A stretch of DNA of 64,000 nt from Nitrospirales bacterium (lineage in GTDB: Bacteria > Nitrospirota > Nitrospiria > Nitrospirales > UBA8639). Below the pieces are notes generated by a model that saw nothing but the letters and a program-made list of their open reading frames with translations, ran no database searches and was not told the DNA's origin. The stretch covers positions 2,560,001-2,624,000 of the forward strand of contig OY820905.2 of assembly GCA_963555755.3 (NCBI GenBank), given 5' to 3'. The first letter of the stretch is position 1. Every line of letters begins with the position of its first letter. Position numbers and translations under genes: made by a program. Shown here piece by piece: positions 1 to 9,909 of the stretch.

Positions 1-2
1 CC

Positions 3-680
3 GTTGCGAAACCGGTAACCACAAAGGCTTCCGCCACAACCTTTGAGGGGGAGGCCGCAACGGAAGAAGTATTGACCCTGGCCGATCTCCAGTTCGGCTT
101 CAGTCGCAGCGGGCTGGGGGACCCCGCCAAAGTGACGCTTGATGCCTATGCGGAAACACTGGGTGATCCGCAATGGAGTGTCTTGATTCAAGGCCATACC
201 GATGAGACCGGGTCGATCCGGCAGAACCTGCGTGTGGGATTACGTCGGGCCAATGCGGTTAAGCAGTATCTCATGGCACAAGGCATTCCCCAGCATCGCT
301 TACATGTGGTGAGCCTCGGGGAGTATCAGCCGGTGTGCATGGAGATGACTCCGGCCTGCCAGTTGCAGAACCGGCGGGTGAGTTTTTCAGTGGCCCACCG
401 GGAACACGTCGAGACGCCACCCGCGGTTCCGGTGACTCACCAGAAGGCACCGCCCACAGAACACACCGTGGTGGCGGTTGAACACGTCAGTCTCCCCGAA
501 ATGATTCCACAGCCGCTCACCAGTGCGGACCTTACTGATGTGCAGGCGAACATCAAAGAGCATGAAGCCGGAATCCGCGTGGACAACATCACCACACCGG
601 CAAAGATGGAACCGATCTATCCCGGACCCGTCCATAGCACCCCACCACCGACCATGACACCCAACGGTCGCAACCACTGA
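3..680 (+). CDS. OmpA-family (peptidoglycan-binding) protein, sortase-locus associated; 5' end outside window
   Basis: OmpA-C motifs IQGHTD...N..GLRRANAVKQYL and NRRV; frame is open back to the window edge; directly upstream of the sortase target. Confidence 0.8.
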   Translation, partial: VAKPVTTKASATTFEGEAATEEVLTLADLQFGFSRSGLGDPAKVTLDAYAETLGDPQWSVLIQGHTDETGSIRQNLRVGLRRANAVKQYLMAQGIPQHRLHVVSLGEYQPVCMEMTPACQLQNRRVSFSVAHREHVETPPAVPVTHQKAPPTEHTVVAVEHVSLPEMIPQPLTSADLTDVQANIKEHEAGIRVDNITTPAKMEPIYPGPVHSTPPPTMTPNGRNH

Positions 681-691
681 GGGAGGCTGAG

Positions 692-2929
692 ATGAAACGC
701 TTGCGCCAGAACACCATTCTCTTCGTAGGTGGGCTGTCCATGCTCGCGGCTCTGGGTGGATGGGCCGGCTATTCCTGGCTGGCCCCCGGGCACCAGACGC
801 GGCACGTACCTGTCGCCGCGACACAACCCGTACTCCCGGTCTCCACAACATCACAAGCCGGTCTGTTTTTCACGAGTGACACCCCGGGGAATTTCTACCA
901 GGCACCCGTGCTCAAGACGGATGTGCAGTTTGTGGTCTCCGGCACGATGATTCGAGCCAGGGTCCGGCAACATTTTCACAATCCCTCTTCCAGGTGGTTG
1001 GAAGGGATCTATGTCTTTCCGTTGCCGGAACATTCCGCGGTGGATCGCTTGAGGATGAAGATCGGGGATCACTTCGTGGAAGGACAGATTCAGGAAAAAG
1101 AGGAAGCCAGGAAAACGTATGCCCGGGCCAAGCAGGAGGGCAAGCGGGCGAGTCTGGTCTCCAGCGCCCGGGACAATCTCTTTACCACCCGCGTAGCCAA
1201 TGTGGGTCCGGACGAAGAAATCATCATCGAGATTCAATACGCGGATACCATGCGCTACAGTGACCACACGTATTCGCTGCGGTTTCCGATGGTGGTGGCC
1301 CCCCGGTACGTGCCGGGTCAGGTGGTGATCAATGAAGATGGCGAAGTGGGAACCACCAGGGTCCCTGACGCCGGGGAAATCCTTTCTCCGATTCATGATC
1401 CGCAACAGGGGCCCATCAATCCCCTGACGCTCACCATTACGCTCGATCCGGGCTTTGAGGCTGAACACATTCACAGCCTGTATCATCCCATCACGATTCA
1501 ACCGGGAGAAGGGAACCAGTGGCTCATCACACTGGCGGATGGGGCCATTCCGGCAGATCGGGATTTTGTGCTGGAGTGGCACCCGCCAGCCGGTGGCGGT
1601 CCAACCACCAGCCTGATCGCCGAACAGGTGGGGCCGGATACCTTTCTGCATGGCACCGTCTTTCCCCCCGGGCCGGACTACACCGCAGCAACATCCCGGG
1701 CTCGTGATCTGACGGTGGTGGTCGATGTCTCGGGCTCGATGTCCGGCACGTCCATCGCACAAGTGCAGCAAGCCCTGGACACGCTTCTGACCTGGCTGAC
1801 ACCTGAAGATCGATTCAACCTCATCACGTTTGCGTCCACCACCACCCAACTGTTTCCCGACCTCACCGCAGCCACCACATCGAACATAGACACCGCCAGG
1901 CGATTTGTGGTGGAGCTTAAGGCCGATGGGGGAACCGAGTTGGTCCCGGCACTGGAAGCAGCCCTCTCAGGGAACGAAGACACGCTCCGGTTCCAGCAGG
2001 TGGTCGTGCTCACCGATGGCTCGATTGGCTATGAAGACGAGATGTTGAAAACGATTCATCGCCTCCTGGGATCTCAACGGTTGTTCATGGTAGGGATCGG
2101 GTCTGCGCCCAACAGCATGGTGATGCGGGAGGCCGCGGCCCTGGGACGTGGCACGTTCACGTATATCGGGGATCTCCAGGAAACCAGCACACGGATGCTG
2201 GCCTTGCTGAAGAAACTGAAACACCCTGCCGTCACAGATCTGGAACTGGAATGGCCCCCGCATCTCGTCGCGGACGAACCCCTGCGCCACCCGGAAATGT
2301 ATCCGTCCCGCATCCCGGATCTGTATCACGGAGATCCGGTGACCTTTGATGTGAAGTTCCGCAATCTGCAACCGGATCACATGACCGGCGTGATTCGTAT
2401 CACGGGACAAAACGGGGTTCTGCCATGGGGGCAGGAGTTTTCGCTGCAACACATCACTCATACAGAAGGCGTGGCGAAACTCTGGGCGAGAAAAAAGATT
2501 GCACAGCTCATGACGGATGCGCGCCAGGGGAGGGTGTCACAGGATGAGGCGAAACAAGCAGTGGTGCAGGTGGCGCTGGCCTATCAACTGGTCACCACGC
2601 AGACCAGCCTGGTCGCGGTCGATCGGGAGGTGGCCCGACCTCCGGGTGCGCAACTGGTCACGCATCAACTTGAAACCAATCTACCGGCGGGATGGACCCT
2701 GCCGACGATGAAGGAAGAGGGAATCTTCCCGACCTGGCTCGTGCAGCTTCAAGGAACCATGCCTGAACACGTGATGCCCGTGGTTCATGTGCCGACCCTC
2801 GTGGCCCTGGCACTTCCACAGACCGCAACTGCCGCTCAACTGCATCTGCTCATCGGATTCATGGGGTTCCTTCTGTTCTGTGTCGCGCACTATCTCCGCC
2901 GTCAGAGGAGGTACGATGGGGTGGCTTAG
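692..2929 (+). CDS. VIT + vWA domain protein, marine-type sortase target
   Basis: VIT domain, MIDAS DVSGSM and LTDG, C-terminal LPQTA + hydrophobic helix + basic tail. Confidence 0.9.
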   Translation: MKRLRQNTILFVGGLSMLAALGGWAGYSWLAPGHQTRHVPVAATQPVLPVSTTSQAGLFFTSDTPGNFYQAPVLKTDVQFVVSGTMIRARVRQHFHNPSSRWLEGIYVFPLPEHSAVDRLRMKIGDHFVEGQIQEKEEARKTYARAKQEGKRASLVSSARDNLFTTRVANVGPDEEIIIEIQYADTMRYSDHTYSLRFPMVVAPRYVPGQVVINEDGEVGTTRVPDAGEILSPIHDPQQGPINPLTLTITLDPGFEAEHIHSLYHPITIQPGEGNQWLITLADGAIPADRDFVLEWHPPAGGGPTTSLIAEQVGPDTFLHGTVFPPGPDYTAATSRARDLTVVVDVSGSMSGTSIAQVQQALDTLLTWLTPEDRFNLITFASTTTQLFPDLTAATTSNIDTARRFVVELKADGGTELVPALEAALSGNEDTLRFQQVVVLTDGSIGYEDEMLKTIHRLLGSQRLFMVGIGSAPNSMVMREAAALGRGTFTYIGDLQETSTRMLALLKKLKHPAVTDLELEWPPHLVADEPLRHPEMYPSRIPDLYHGDPVTFDVKFRNLQPDHMTGVIRITGQNGVLPWGQEFSLQHITHTEGVAKLWARKKIAQLMTDARQGRVSQDEAKQAVVQVALAYQLVTTQTSLVAVDREVARPPGAQLVTHQLETNLPAGWTLPTMKEEGIFPTWLVQLQGTMPEHVMPVVHVPTLVALALPQTATAAQLHLLIGFMGFLLFCVAHYLRRQRRYDGVA

Positions 2930-2951
2930 AGCACGCACGACAACCATAATC
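2916..2951 (+). pseudogene. Stranded 5' fragment of the sortase gene (MGWLRARTTTII)
   Basis: GAGGAGG RBS + ATG overlapping the VIT gene end; resembles 5210-5234, which leads into sortase copy 2. Confidence 0.55.
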
Positions 2952-3035
2952 TATAAAATTTTACATTTCCCCTTTCAGCCACTGTCAGATACAAGGGGTA
3001 AGAGGGTTGGTCTCTGTCATGGAAAGACCCCTTTC

Positions 3036-3135
3036 TGTCATCCCCGACATCTGTTATCGGGGATCCAGGTTTTTCCGTCTCTCCTTCATAAAAAACAACA
3101 AAATGGATTCCCGATAACGAATGTCGGGAATGACG
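3036..3135. repeat. TGTCAT...ATGAC-type palindromic REP-like pair
   Basis: tgtcatccccgac..cggggatcc followed by ggattcccga..tcgggaatgac. Confidence 0.6.
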
Positions 3136-3201
3136 GGACGAGGATGCACAGGCCCCGCTCCCATCCATCGAACGTGAACAGCACCAGACGCTGCCTGAGA
3201 A

Positions 3202-3786
3202 ATGAAGTCTAAGTTTTTACACATAACCCTCTGCGTGTTGCTGGGGATCGCGGGATGGGAGCTCGGGTCGGGTGCGTATATTTATTCCAAGGCACAGGTG
3301 GGGCAATGGTTGATTGCGCAGGCCTGGGAATCCAGCCTGCGCACCCATCGTCCGGTGAAACCATGGGCCTGGGCGGATACGTTTCCGATCGGACGATTAG
3401 TCGTGAAGGAGTTAGGGGTTGATCAATATGTCCTGTCCGGGGCCAGCGGCCGAACGCTGGCCTTCGGTCCCGGCCACTACGCCGGAACAGTAGACCCCGG
3501 CGACAAAGGAAGGGCGGTGATAGCAGGACATCGCGATACCCACTTTCTATTTCTGAAAGATGTGCAGGTAGGACAGGCGATAGCCTACCAGGACAGAACA
3601 GGATCCTGGCAGCACTTCGTGGTAGAACACATGGTCGTCATGGATGTGAATGAGGAACAATTACTGTTGGATGCGGAAACGCCCGCGCTTGCCTTAATCA
3701 CGTGCTACCCGTTTCATTCCATAGTCCCCGGAGGCCCACTGCGATATATCGTCTATGCCGCAAAACGTGATCGGTCCGCATCGTGA
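3202..3786 (+). CDS. Class GN sortase, copy 1
   Basis: KPWAWADT, AGHRDT, LITCYPF and LRY catalytic motifs. Confidence 0.92.
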   Translation: MKSKFLHITLCVLLGIAGWELGSGAYIYSKAQVGQWLIAQAWESSLRTHRPVKPWAWADTFPIGRLVVKELGVDQYVLSGASGRTLAFGPGHYAGTVDPGDKGRAVIAGHRDTHFLFLKDVQVGQAIAYQDRTGSWQHFVVEHMVVMDVNEEQLLLDAETPALALITCYPFHSIVPGGPLRYIVYAAKRDRSAS

Positions 3787-3891
3787 TTGCGCTGGAAGGT
3801 TCCAGGCTCAGTGAATAAAAGACCAAACACTTTTAATGCCAGGAAAAAGGGACATTCTCCTTTTCCAGTTTGAACCCCAACCTGCAGACCG

Positions 3892-4404
3892 TTAGGCCGC
3901 TTCTGCCCATTGATTGTTGACTAATTTGAATGTCGGTTTCTTTTTGCCTTTTCCAGATTTTTCTTTGCCGAGTCGCCGGGCAAAGTCTAACAGCGCCTCC
4001 TTCCCCTTCCCACCGGTCCAGGCTTCTCGAATCAGGAGCCGGGCCAAGGTATCCCCGGTTGAACCGAGGGTTTTCGTTTTGCCAGTTTCCACCCGAGAGA
4101 GATGCGCCGGGTCAATATGCAGAAGCGTGGCAAATTCATGCGCCTGGAACCCGACATGCTTTCGAAGATATCGCAATTCTTTTCCGGTCAGCGATCCTGC
4201 TTTTTCTAGCAGGGTGGCGGCAATCATGTTCAGCAAGGGGCCCATTTTCGGAATCTGAACGCCATACTCTTTGCACTGCTTACAGTGCAGCACCGTGGCC
4301 CCAATCAAATACACATGATCGAGTCCACTTTCGATAAATCGATACGGATTCGTCGCCGTGGATTTCTTCGCCACGAAGGCCCCACCACATTCTTGACACT
4401 TCAT
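3892..4404 (-). CDS. MqsA/YgiT-type Zn-finger + HTH antitoxin
   Basis: CxxC...CxxC followed by Xre-type HTH (ELRYLRK...LSRVETG). Confidence 0.8.
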   Translation of the reverse strand: MKCQECGGAFVAKKSTATNPYRFIESGLDHVYLIGATVLHCKQCKEYGVQIPKMGPLLNMIAATLLEKAGSLTGKELRYLRKHVGFQAHEFATLLHIDPAHLSRVETGKTKTLGSTGDTLARLLIREAWTGGKGKEALLDFARRLGKEKSGKGKKKPTFKLVNNQWAEAA

Positions 4405-4419
4405 CGCGTGTTCCTCCTT

Positions 4420-4710
4420 TCAGTCAATAACAGTCACGATGATTAATGTATCTTGAATTTCCACGACGCACGACCCTTTTTGATTATTCAAGGTCTTCCC
4501 TTGCAATTTATACCGCCACGTCCCCTCGGGCATCGAATGATCCACCAACCGCCCGTACCACAGGATATGGTGAATGTCTTGAAGGGTGATGTCACGCTGT
4601 CCCATGCGTCGGCGCGCGTGAGGCAGGACCGTGACTGCGCCATCATTCCACAATGTTTGGATGGCCGCTTTTAGTTGGCGTACATTGAGGGGCGCAGTGT
4701 GGCCATCCAT
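4420..4710 (-). CDS. DUF4258-like putative toxin
   Basis: HARRRMGQRDI...IIVTV signature, 96 aa, upstream of the Zn-finger/HTH gene. Confidence 0.75.
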   Translation of the reverse strand: MDGHTAPLNVRQLKAAIQTLWNDGAVTVLPHARRRMGQRDITLQDIHHILWYGRLVDHSMPEGTWRYKLQGKTLNNQKGSCVVEIQDTLIIVTVID

Positions 4711-4716
4711 GACAAT

Positions 4717-4750
4717 TTGATATTATATCAATTATTGATAATATATCAAT
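4717..4750 (-). promoter_or_regulatory. Sigma70-like promoter with two palindromic operators
   Basis: Minus-strand TTGATA-16 bp-TATAAT overlapped by TTGATATTATATCAA and ATTGATAATATATCAAT. Confidence 0.7.
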
Positions 4751-4821
4751 CACTTTCTTTTACACACACTCCGGGACTCCGAAGGAAAAGGGGACAGTCC
4801 ACTTTTCTGACGGTTTCCCTC

Positions 4822-4897
4822 TTGTCATTTCGAACGGATGTGAGAAATCCTTACACATCGAACGGGCAAAGATTTCTCCCCTTGGTCGAAATGACAA
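4822..4897. repeat. TGTCATTTCG...CGAAATGACA palindromic repeat
   Basis: Terminal inverted repeats; related copy at 61841-61934. Confidence 0.65.
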
Positions 4898-5062
4898 CAG
4901 GGGAAGAGTCATCATTTCCTACTGCGGAATCCGGGTTTAACGAAAACGATCGGAAAAGTTGGCCAAATCCAGTGCAATCGCAGTAGATCCCTAATGGGCC
5001 TGTTGAATAATTCACGTGAATAGCCAATAAAAGCTCTAAATGAACCACGCATCGTCAAGGGG

Positions 5063-5210
5063 AGGGAATGTTCAAAAAAGCATGCCCTGAGTCTTTCCGA
5101 AGGGTCTATCCAGCAAGGCCGCAGCCATGTTGACGCGCGGAGCGTACTCTCAGTACGTGAGCACGGCAAAATGGCGAGAACGCCGCTGGCGGCTTTTTTC
5201 AACATTCCCT
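5063..5210. mobile_element. MITE family A
   Basis: TIR GGGAATGTT(C/G)AAAAA...TTTTTCAACATTCCC and conserved core; six copies plus fragments in the window. Confidence 0.75.
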
Positions 5211-5243
5211 AGATCACGCGCGACAACCGCGATCCTCTGCGTG

Positions 5244-5792
5244 ATGCTGGGGATCGCGGCATGGGAGTTTGGGTCGGGTGCGTATATTTATGCCAAGGCG
5301 CAGGTGGGGCAATGGTTGATTGCACGGGCCTGGGAATCCAGCCTGCGCACCCACCGGCCGGTGAAACCATGGGCCTGGGCGGATACGTATCCGATCGGAC
5401 GATTGGTCGTGAAGGAGTTAGGAGTTGATCAATATGTCCTGTCCGGGGCCAGCGGCCGAACACTGGCCTTCGGCCCCGGCCACTACGCCGGAACGGTAGA
5501 CCCCGGTAACAAAGGAAGGGCGGTGATAGCGGGGCATCGCGATATCCATTTTCTCTTTCTAAAAGATGTACAGGTAGGACAGGCGATAGCCTACCAGGAC
5601 AGAACAGGAACCTGGCAACACTTCCTGGTAGAACACATGGTCGTCATGGATGTGAATGAGGAACAATTACTGTTGGATGCGGAAACGCCCGCGCTTGCCT
5701 TAATCACGTGCTACCCGTTTCATTCCATAGTCCCCGGAGGCCCACTGCGATATATCGTCTATGCCATACAACGTGATGGGGTCGCATCGTGA
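5244..5792 (+). CDS. Class GN sortase, copy 2 (native start removed by a MITE; start uncertain)
   Basis: Near-identical to copy 1; AGHRDI and LITCYPF retained. Confidence 0.8.
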   Translation: MLGIAAWEFGSGAYIYAKAQVGQWLIARAWESSLRTHRPVKPWAWADTYPIGRLVVKELGVDQYVLSGASGRTLAFGPGHYAGTVDPGNKGRAVIAGHRDIHFLFLKDVQVGQAIAYQDRTGTWQHFLVEHMVVMDVNEEQLLLDAETPALALITCYPFHSIVPGGPLRYIVYAIQRDGVAS

Positions 5793-6300
5793 TTGCGCTG
5801 GAAGACTCCAGGCTTTGTGGATAACGGGGCAACAAGCCCCGAATACTTGTCAGACAAAGGGAAGTGTCAGGAGGCTGTTTCCCAGGGCAACGCTATCAAG
5901 GTGAGTAACGCCTGGAGTTGCTCAGGAGGGTGTGGGCTGGCGCAGACTGGAAGACCGCGACGCCAACGGTGAGGCGATAGTTGTCAGCGAGCATCAAGCA
6001 ATGCAGATAATTTATTAAACAGGATTGCCCTTTTTTTTTGAACAAACCCGCCGGTTTCGATCCTGCGCCTATCTTCAGAAAAAGCCATCTCTAATTCCGC
6101 CTGTACTTTAATGTAGGGGTTGGCTATTCTTGCCTTGGGAATGCCTGAAGTGGCTTGGGTAAAATGGACCTTTCCGTTTGGTAGAGAAAAACAAAAACCT
6201 GTATTTTGAAATGCAGGGCGTGTCTAATTTAGCTGCTTTCAGACGTTGACGAAATTTTCCTTCTCTTTGCACCTCTAAAATAAGACTGAGGAAGTTGCTT

Positions 6301-7839
6301 ATGCTGACCGGTACTATCCGTAGCCAAGTTGACAGTATCTGGAATGCCTTTTGGTCTGGCGGCATCTCCAATCCACTTGAGATCATCGAACAGATTACCT
6401 ATCTGCTCTTCCTTCGCCGCCTCGATGATCTCCATATCCTGGAGGAAAATAAATCTGCTCGGCTTAAAAAACCAATGGAACGCAGAGTCATCCCAGAAGG
6501 GAAAGACCCAAAAGACCGATCGTACGAGGATCTGCGCTGGTCCCGTTTCAAGCACCTCGCCCCGGGGGAGATGTTCACCGTCATTGACGAACACGTCTTC
6601 CCTTTCCTAAAAGCCATGGGCAATGACGACTCCACCTATGCTCACCATATGAAAGACGCGCGCTTTACCATCCCCACACCCGCGCTCCTGGCAAAGGTGG
6701 TGGATTTACTCGATGGGGTGCCAATGGAGGACCGCGATACCAAGGGCGATATTTACGAATACATGCTCGCCAAGATTGCCACGGCTGGCCAGAATGGCCA
6801 GTTCCGCACCCCGCGCCATATCATCCGGTTGATGGTAGAGATGACGGCGCCACAACCGACCGATCTCATCTGTGACCCAGCCTGCGGTACGGCCGGCTAT
6901 CTTGTGGCGGCTGGAGAATATCTGCGTCAGCACCACCCGAGCATCCTTCATGACGAAAAGGCCAAGGAGCACTTCCATCATCATATGTTCCACGGCTTCG
7001 ACTTCGACAACACCATGTTGCGTATCGGCAGCATGAACATGCTCCTACACGGCGTCGAAAATCCGGACATCCGCTACCGGGATTCCCTCTCGCAAGATCA
7101 TTCCGGCGACGAAGAGGCCTATACCTTGGTACTTGCCAATCCTCCGTTCGCTGGCAGCCTTGATTATGAGAACACCGCCAAGGATCTGTTACAGATCGTC
7201 AAAACCAAGAAGACCGAACTCCTTTTCCTCGCGCTATTCCTACGCCTGCTGAAGCCCGGAGGCCGAGCCGCTGTGATCGTCCCCGACGGCGTACTATTCG
7301 GGTCTAGTAAGGCACACAAAGAACTGCGCCGCTTGCTTGTGGAAGAGCAGAAACTCGATGCCGTGATCTCGCTTCCGAGCGGCGCGTTCAAGCCCTACGC
7401 CGGTGTCTCAACCGCAATCCTATTATGTACCAAGACCAACTCCGGCGGCACCGACAACGTGTGGTTCTATGGCGTGGAGGCCGACGGCTTGAGCCTCGAT
7501 GATAAACGTACGCTGCTTTTGAGCGAAGACAAACTCGGCCCAACACCGCACACTGCACTCGCCGCTGAGGAGCACGCCAAGAATAACCTACCCGATGTGC
7601 TAGCGCGCTGGGCGCTACGCGACAGTAGCGAGCACGAACGGGCACGCACGGATCAGAGTTTCTGTGTGCCCAAGGCCGACATCGCCGCCCAGGGTTACGA
7701 CCTCTCCCTCAACCGATACAAGGAAGTGGTGCACGAAATAATCGAGCACCGCATGCCTAAGGAAATCCTCGCCGGCCTCGCCAAGCTGGAGAATGAGATC
7801 CAGCAGGGGATGAATGAGTTGGAGGGGATGCTGAAGTGA
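6301..7839 (+). CDS. hsdM: Type I R-M methyltransferase subunit
   Basis: GQFRTP, DPACGTAG and NPPF motifs. Confidence 0.95.
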   Translation: MLTGTIRSQVDSIWNAFWSGGISNPLEIIEQITYLLFLRRLDDLHILEENKSARLKKPMERRVIPEGKDPKDRSYEDLRWSRFKHLAPGEMFTVIDEHVFPFLKAMGNDDSTYAHHMKDARFTIPTPALLAKVVDLLDGVPMEDRDTKGDIYEYMLAKIATAGQNGQFRTPRHIIRLMVEMTAPQPTDLICDPACGTAGYLVAAGEYLRQHHPSILHDEKAKEHFHHHMFHGFDFDNTMLRIGSMNMLLHGVENPDIRYRDSLSQDHSGDEEAYTLVLANPPFAGSLDYENTAKDLLQIVKTKKTELLFLALFLRLLKPGGRAAVIVPDGVLFGSSKAHKELRRLLVEEQKLDAVISLPSGAFKPYAGVSTAILLCTKTNSGGTDNVWFYGVEADGLSLDDKRTLLLSEDKLGPTPHTALAAEEHAKNNLPDVLARWALRDSSEHERARTDQSFCVPKADIAAQGYDLSLNRYKEVVHEIIEHRMPKEILAGLAKLENEIQQGMNELEGMLK

Positions 7840-9073
7840 TCTCCCGCAATTCTATTACCGACGCTTACCCCACCAAGCGACTGGGAGATGTTGTCGAGTT
7901 CCTCGATAGCATGCGTCGACCGGTCACCGAATCAGACCGCCGTGCTGGCCAGTATCCGTACTACGGGGCAAATGGTCTGCAAGGAACAATCGATGACTTC
8001 ATCTTTGACGAACCGCTGGTACTGCTCGCGGAAGACGGTGGCCATTTTGGAACACCTGACAGAGGTATTGCCTACTGCGTTTCAGGCAAGACATGGGTAA
8101 ATAACCATGCACATGTATTGCGACCGAAGGTAGGCATGGATCTGGGGTTCTTATGCCGTGTTCTTGAAAACTACGACGTAAGGCCATGGGTCACGGGGAC
8201 AACGCGCGGCAAACTGACCCAGGCTGGGGCTTCCCAAATTTTGGTTCCAGTTCCATCCCCCCCCGAACAGCGGCGGATTGCCGAGGTGCTGGATCGGGCA
8301 GAGGCGTTGCGGGCTAAGCGCCGCGCCGCCCTCGCCCAACTCGACACCCTCGCCCAATCCATCTTCTTCGAAATGTTCGGCAACCCCGCTACGAATCCGA
8401 AGGGGTGGATCCGGGAATCCTCAAAACCTAGGCGCGGTAATCAACGGCGGCATTTGGGAGTCCAACGAGCGCAGAATTTCGGAATGTTCGATGGCCCAAT
8501 TCCCTTGTTACGCCTGGCGACAACCTCGAGATCGATTCCCCGGGGTCGCGAAGCGTCACTGAAGCTGGCGCCAAGGAGATCGTTCGGTACACGGCCAGGT
8601 GCGACGCTCGGGTGACGTGCTCATCACTATCATCGGCACTTGCGGTTCAGCTGCGCTTGGCCTGCCCACTCTTAACGAAGATCGCCATCCCGATTCCTGC
8701 TACCATCAATGCTAAGGCGCGGGATCTCCAACTGCTGCATCAGGCACACGATTGGTTGACGACCGCTAAAATCGCTGCTGCCGAGTTACTTGCTGCGGTT
8801 TTTCCTCGCCACCCTCACGTGTTGTATCAGCATGGTATCCGGGAGAGAGGGGCTGTCCAGAAGATGCCTGTTAACCACAACACTAACTCATCTGAACATT
8901 GGAACTTCGGATTCCTCTCCCGTATCCTTTCGCTGGGTTAAATTCAAGGAACTTCGGATTCCGAAAGAATTCGTGCAGTCGAACAGCAAGAAAAACTCCT
9001 ACAGGCCAGCTCATCAGAAATAGATAATCTTTTTTCTTCTCTGCAATACCGGGCTTTCCGAGGAGATTTATAA
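7836..9073 (+). pseudogene. hsdS: Type I R-M specificity subunit; second TRD multiply frameshifted
   Basis: Intact TRD1 and central spacer (EQRRIAEVLD...FGNPATNPKGW); typical C-terminus LFSSLQYRAFRGDL* at 9073; no continuous frame between them. Confidence 0.85.
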
Positions 9074-9075
9074 CC

Positions 9076-9897
9076 ATGAGAGGTGAATTCCTTGGAGTAT
9101 GGTCTGAAACGTGGAACGAAATTTGGGAAGAAATTTCTGCAAATGCCACCAAGGATTTGTTCTGTGAGATTTATCGTGAGCTCGCAGGTGCACTAAAGAG
9201 CAAGCTGAAGCCAGAAATGCTTGCAGATATCATCGATGACCCGGCGAGGAGCAGGGACTCACTTCGGGCGACCCGTCCGGAGGATCTTGCTTGCGAGCGC
9301 GAGGTGATGGAGTTCTTTGAAAAGACACACGAGGCGCTCGAAGACCTGGCAGGCGAAGCCTTTTCGAATGCCTATTTCAACCTACTGGCCGGCTTCATCG
9401 ACAAGTTCAGTTTGCGTTACGACCTGCGTCGGCCCTGCATCCTTTGCCCTACGCTGCCGGGTGTGTTCGCTAGCCTGGTGCGTGATCTTCGAGCAGTGGC
9501 TTCTCAAGATACACATCTCGACAGCCTAATGAAGGAATTCGAAAACGCAATCCGCGACCTGCGCACCGATTGCTCTGATGGGCGCATCAAGACCTGCATT
9601 CAGAAACAGGTAAACCTACTGGAAGCACTCGGGCAGAATTGCCCTGGTGTCACAAATGACACCCTCGGTGCAATCTGTGAACAAGTGGGCACTTGGCCTC
9701 ACGACAAGGTCAAGGAGGCGCTGATGAGTCTCTATAAGTTCACATGCAGCTATCCAGGTATTCGCCATGCTGGTACGCCAGGTAATGCAATACGAACAAT
9801 TGAAATGCGAGACATGGTGGCGATGTCCATCCTATTGGCTGGATTCACACCTTATTTGACCGACCAACTCAACGCGAACAGCATGTATCGAGGATGA
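9076..9897 (+). CDS. Hypothetical protein with AbiJ/HEPN-like C-terminus
   Basis: LYKFTCSYPGIRHAG resembles the LYxxTS...GIRHA tail of AbiJ-like proteins; tightly coupled to neighbours. Confidence 0.5.
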   Translation: MRGEFLGVWSETWNEIWEEISANATKDLFCEIYRELAGALKSKLKPEMLADIIDDPARSRDSLRATRPEDLACEREVMEFFEKTHEALEDLAGEAFSNAYFNLLAGFIDKFSLRYDLRRPCILCPTLPGVFASLVRDLRAVASQDTHLDSLMKEFENAIRDLRTDCSDGRIKTCIQKQVNLLEALGQNCPGVTNDTLGAICEQVGTWPHDKVKEALMSLYKFTCSYPGIRHAGTPGNAIRTIEMRDMVAMSILLAGFTPYLTDQLNANSMYRG

Positions 9898-9909
9898 TAG
9901 GGAATCGTT

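Noticed and set aside
851..1849. Long antisense ORF (332 aa) and similar shadow ORFs
   Set aside because: Antisense to well-supported GC-rich genes and lacking recognisable motifs.
5816..6290. Possible ncRNA or att site before hsdM
   Set aside because: Only short hairpins were seen, with no recognisable RNA family or matching partner repeat.
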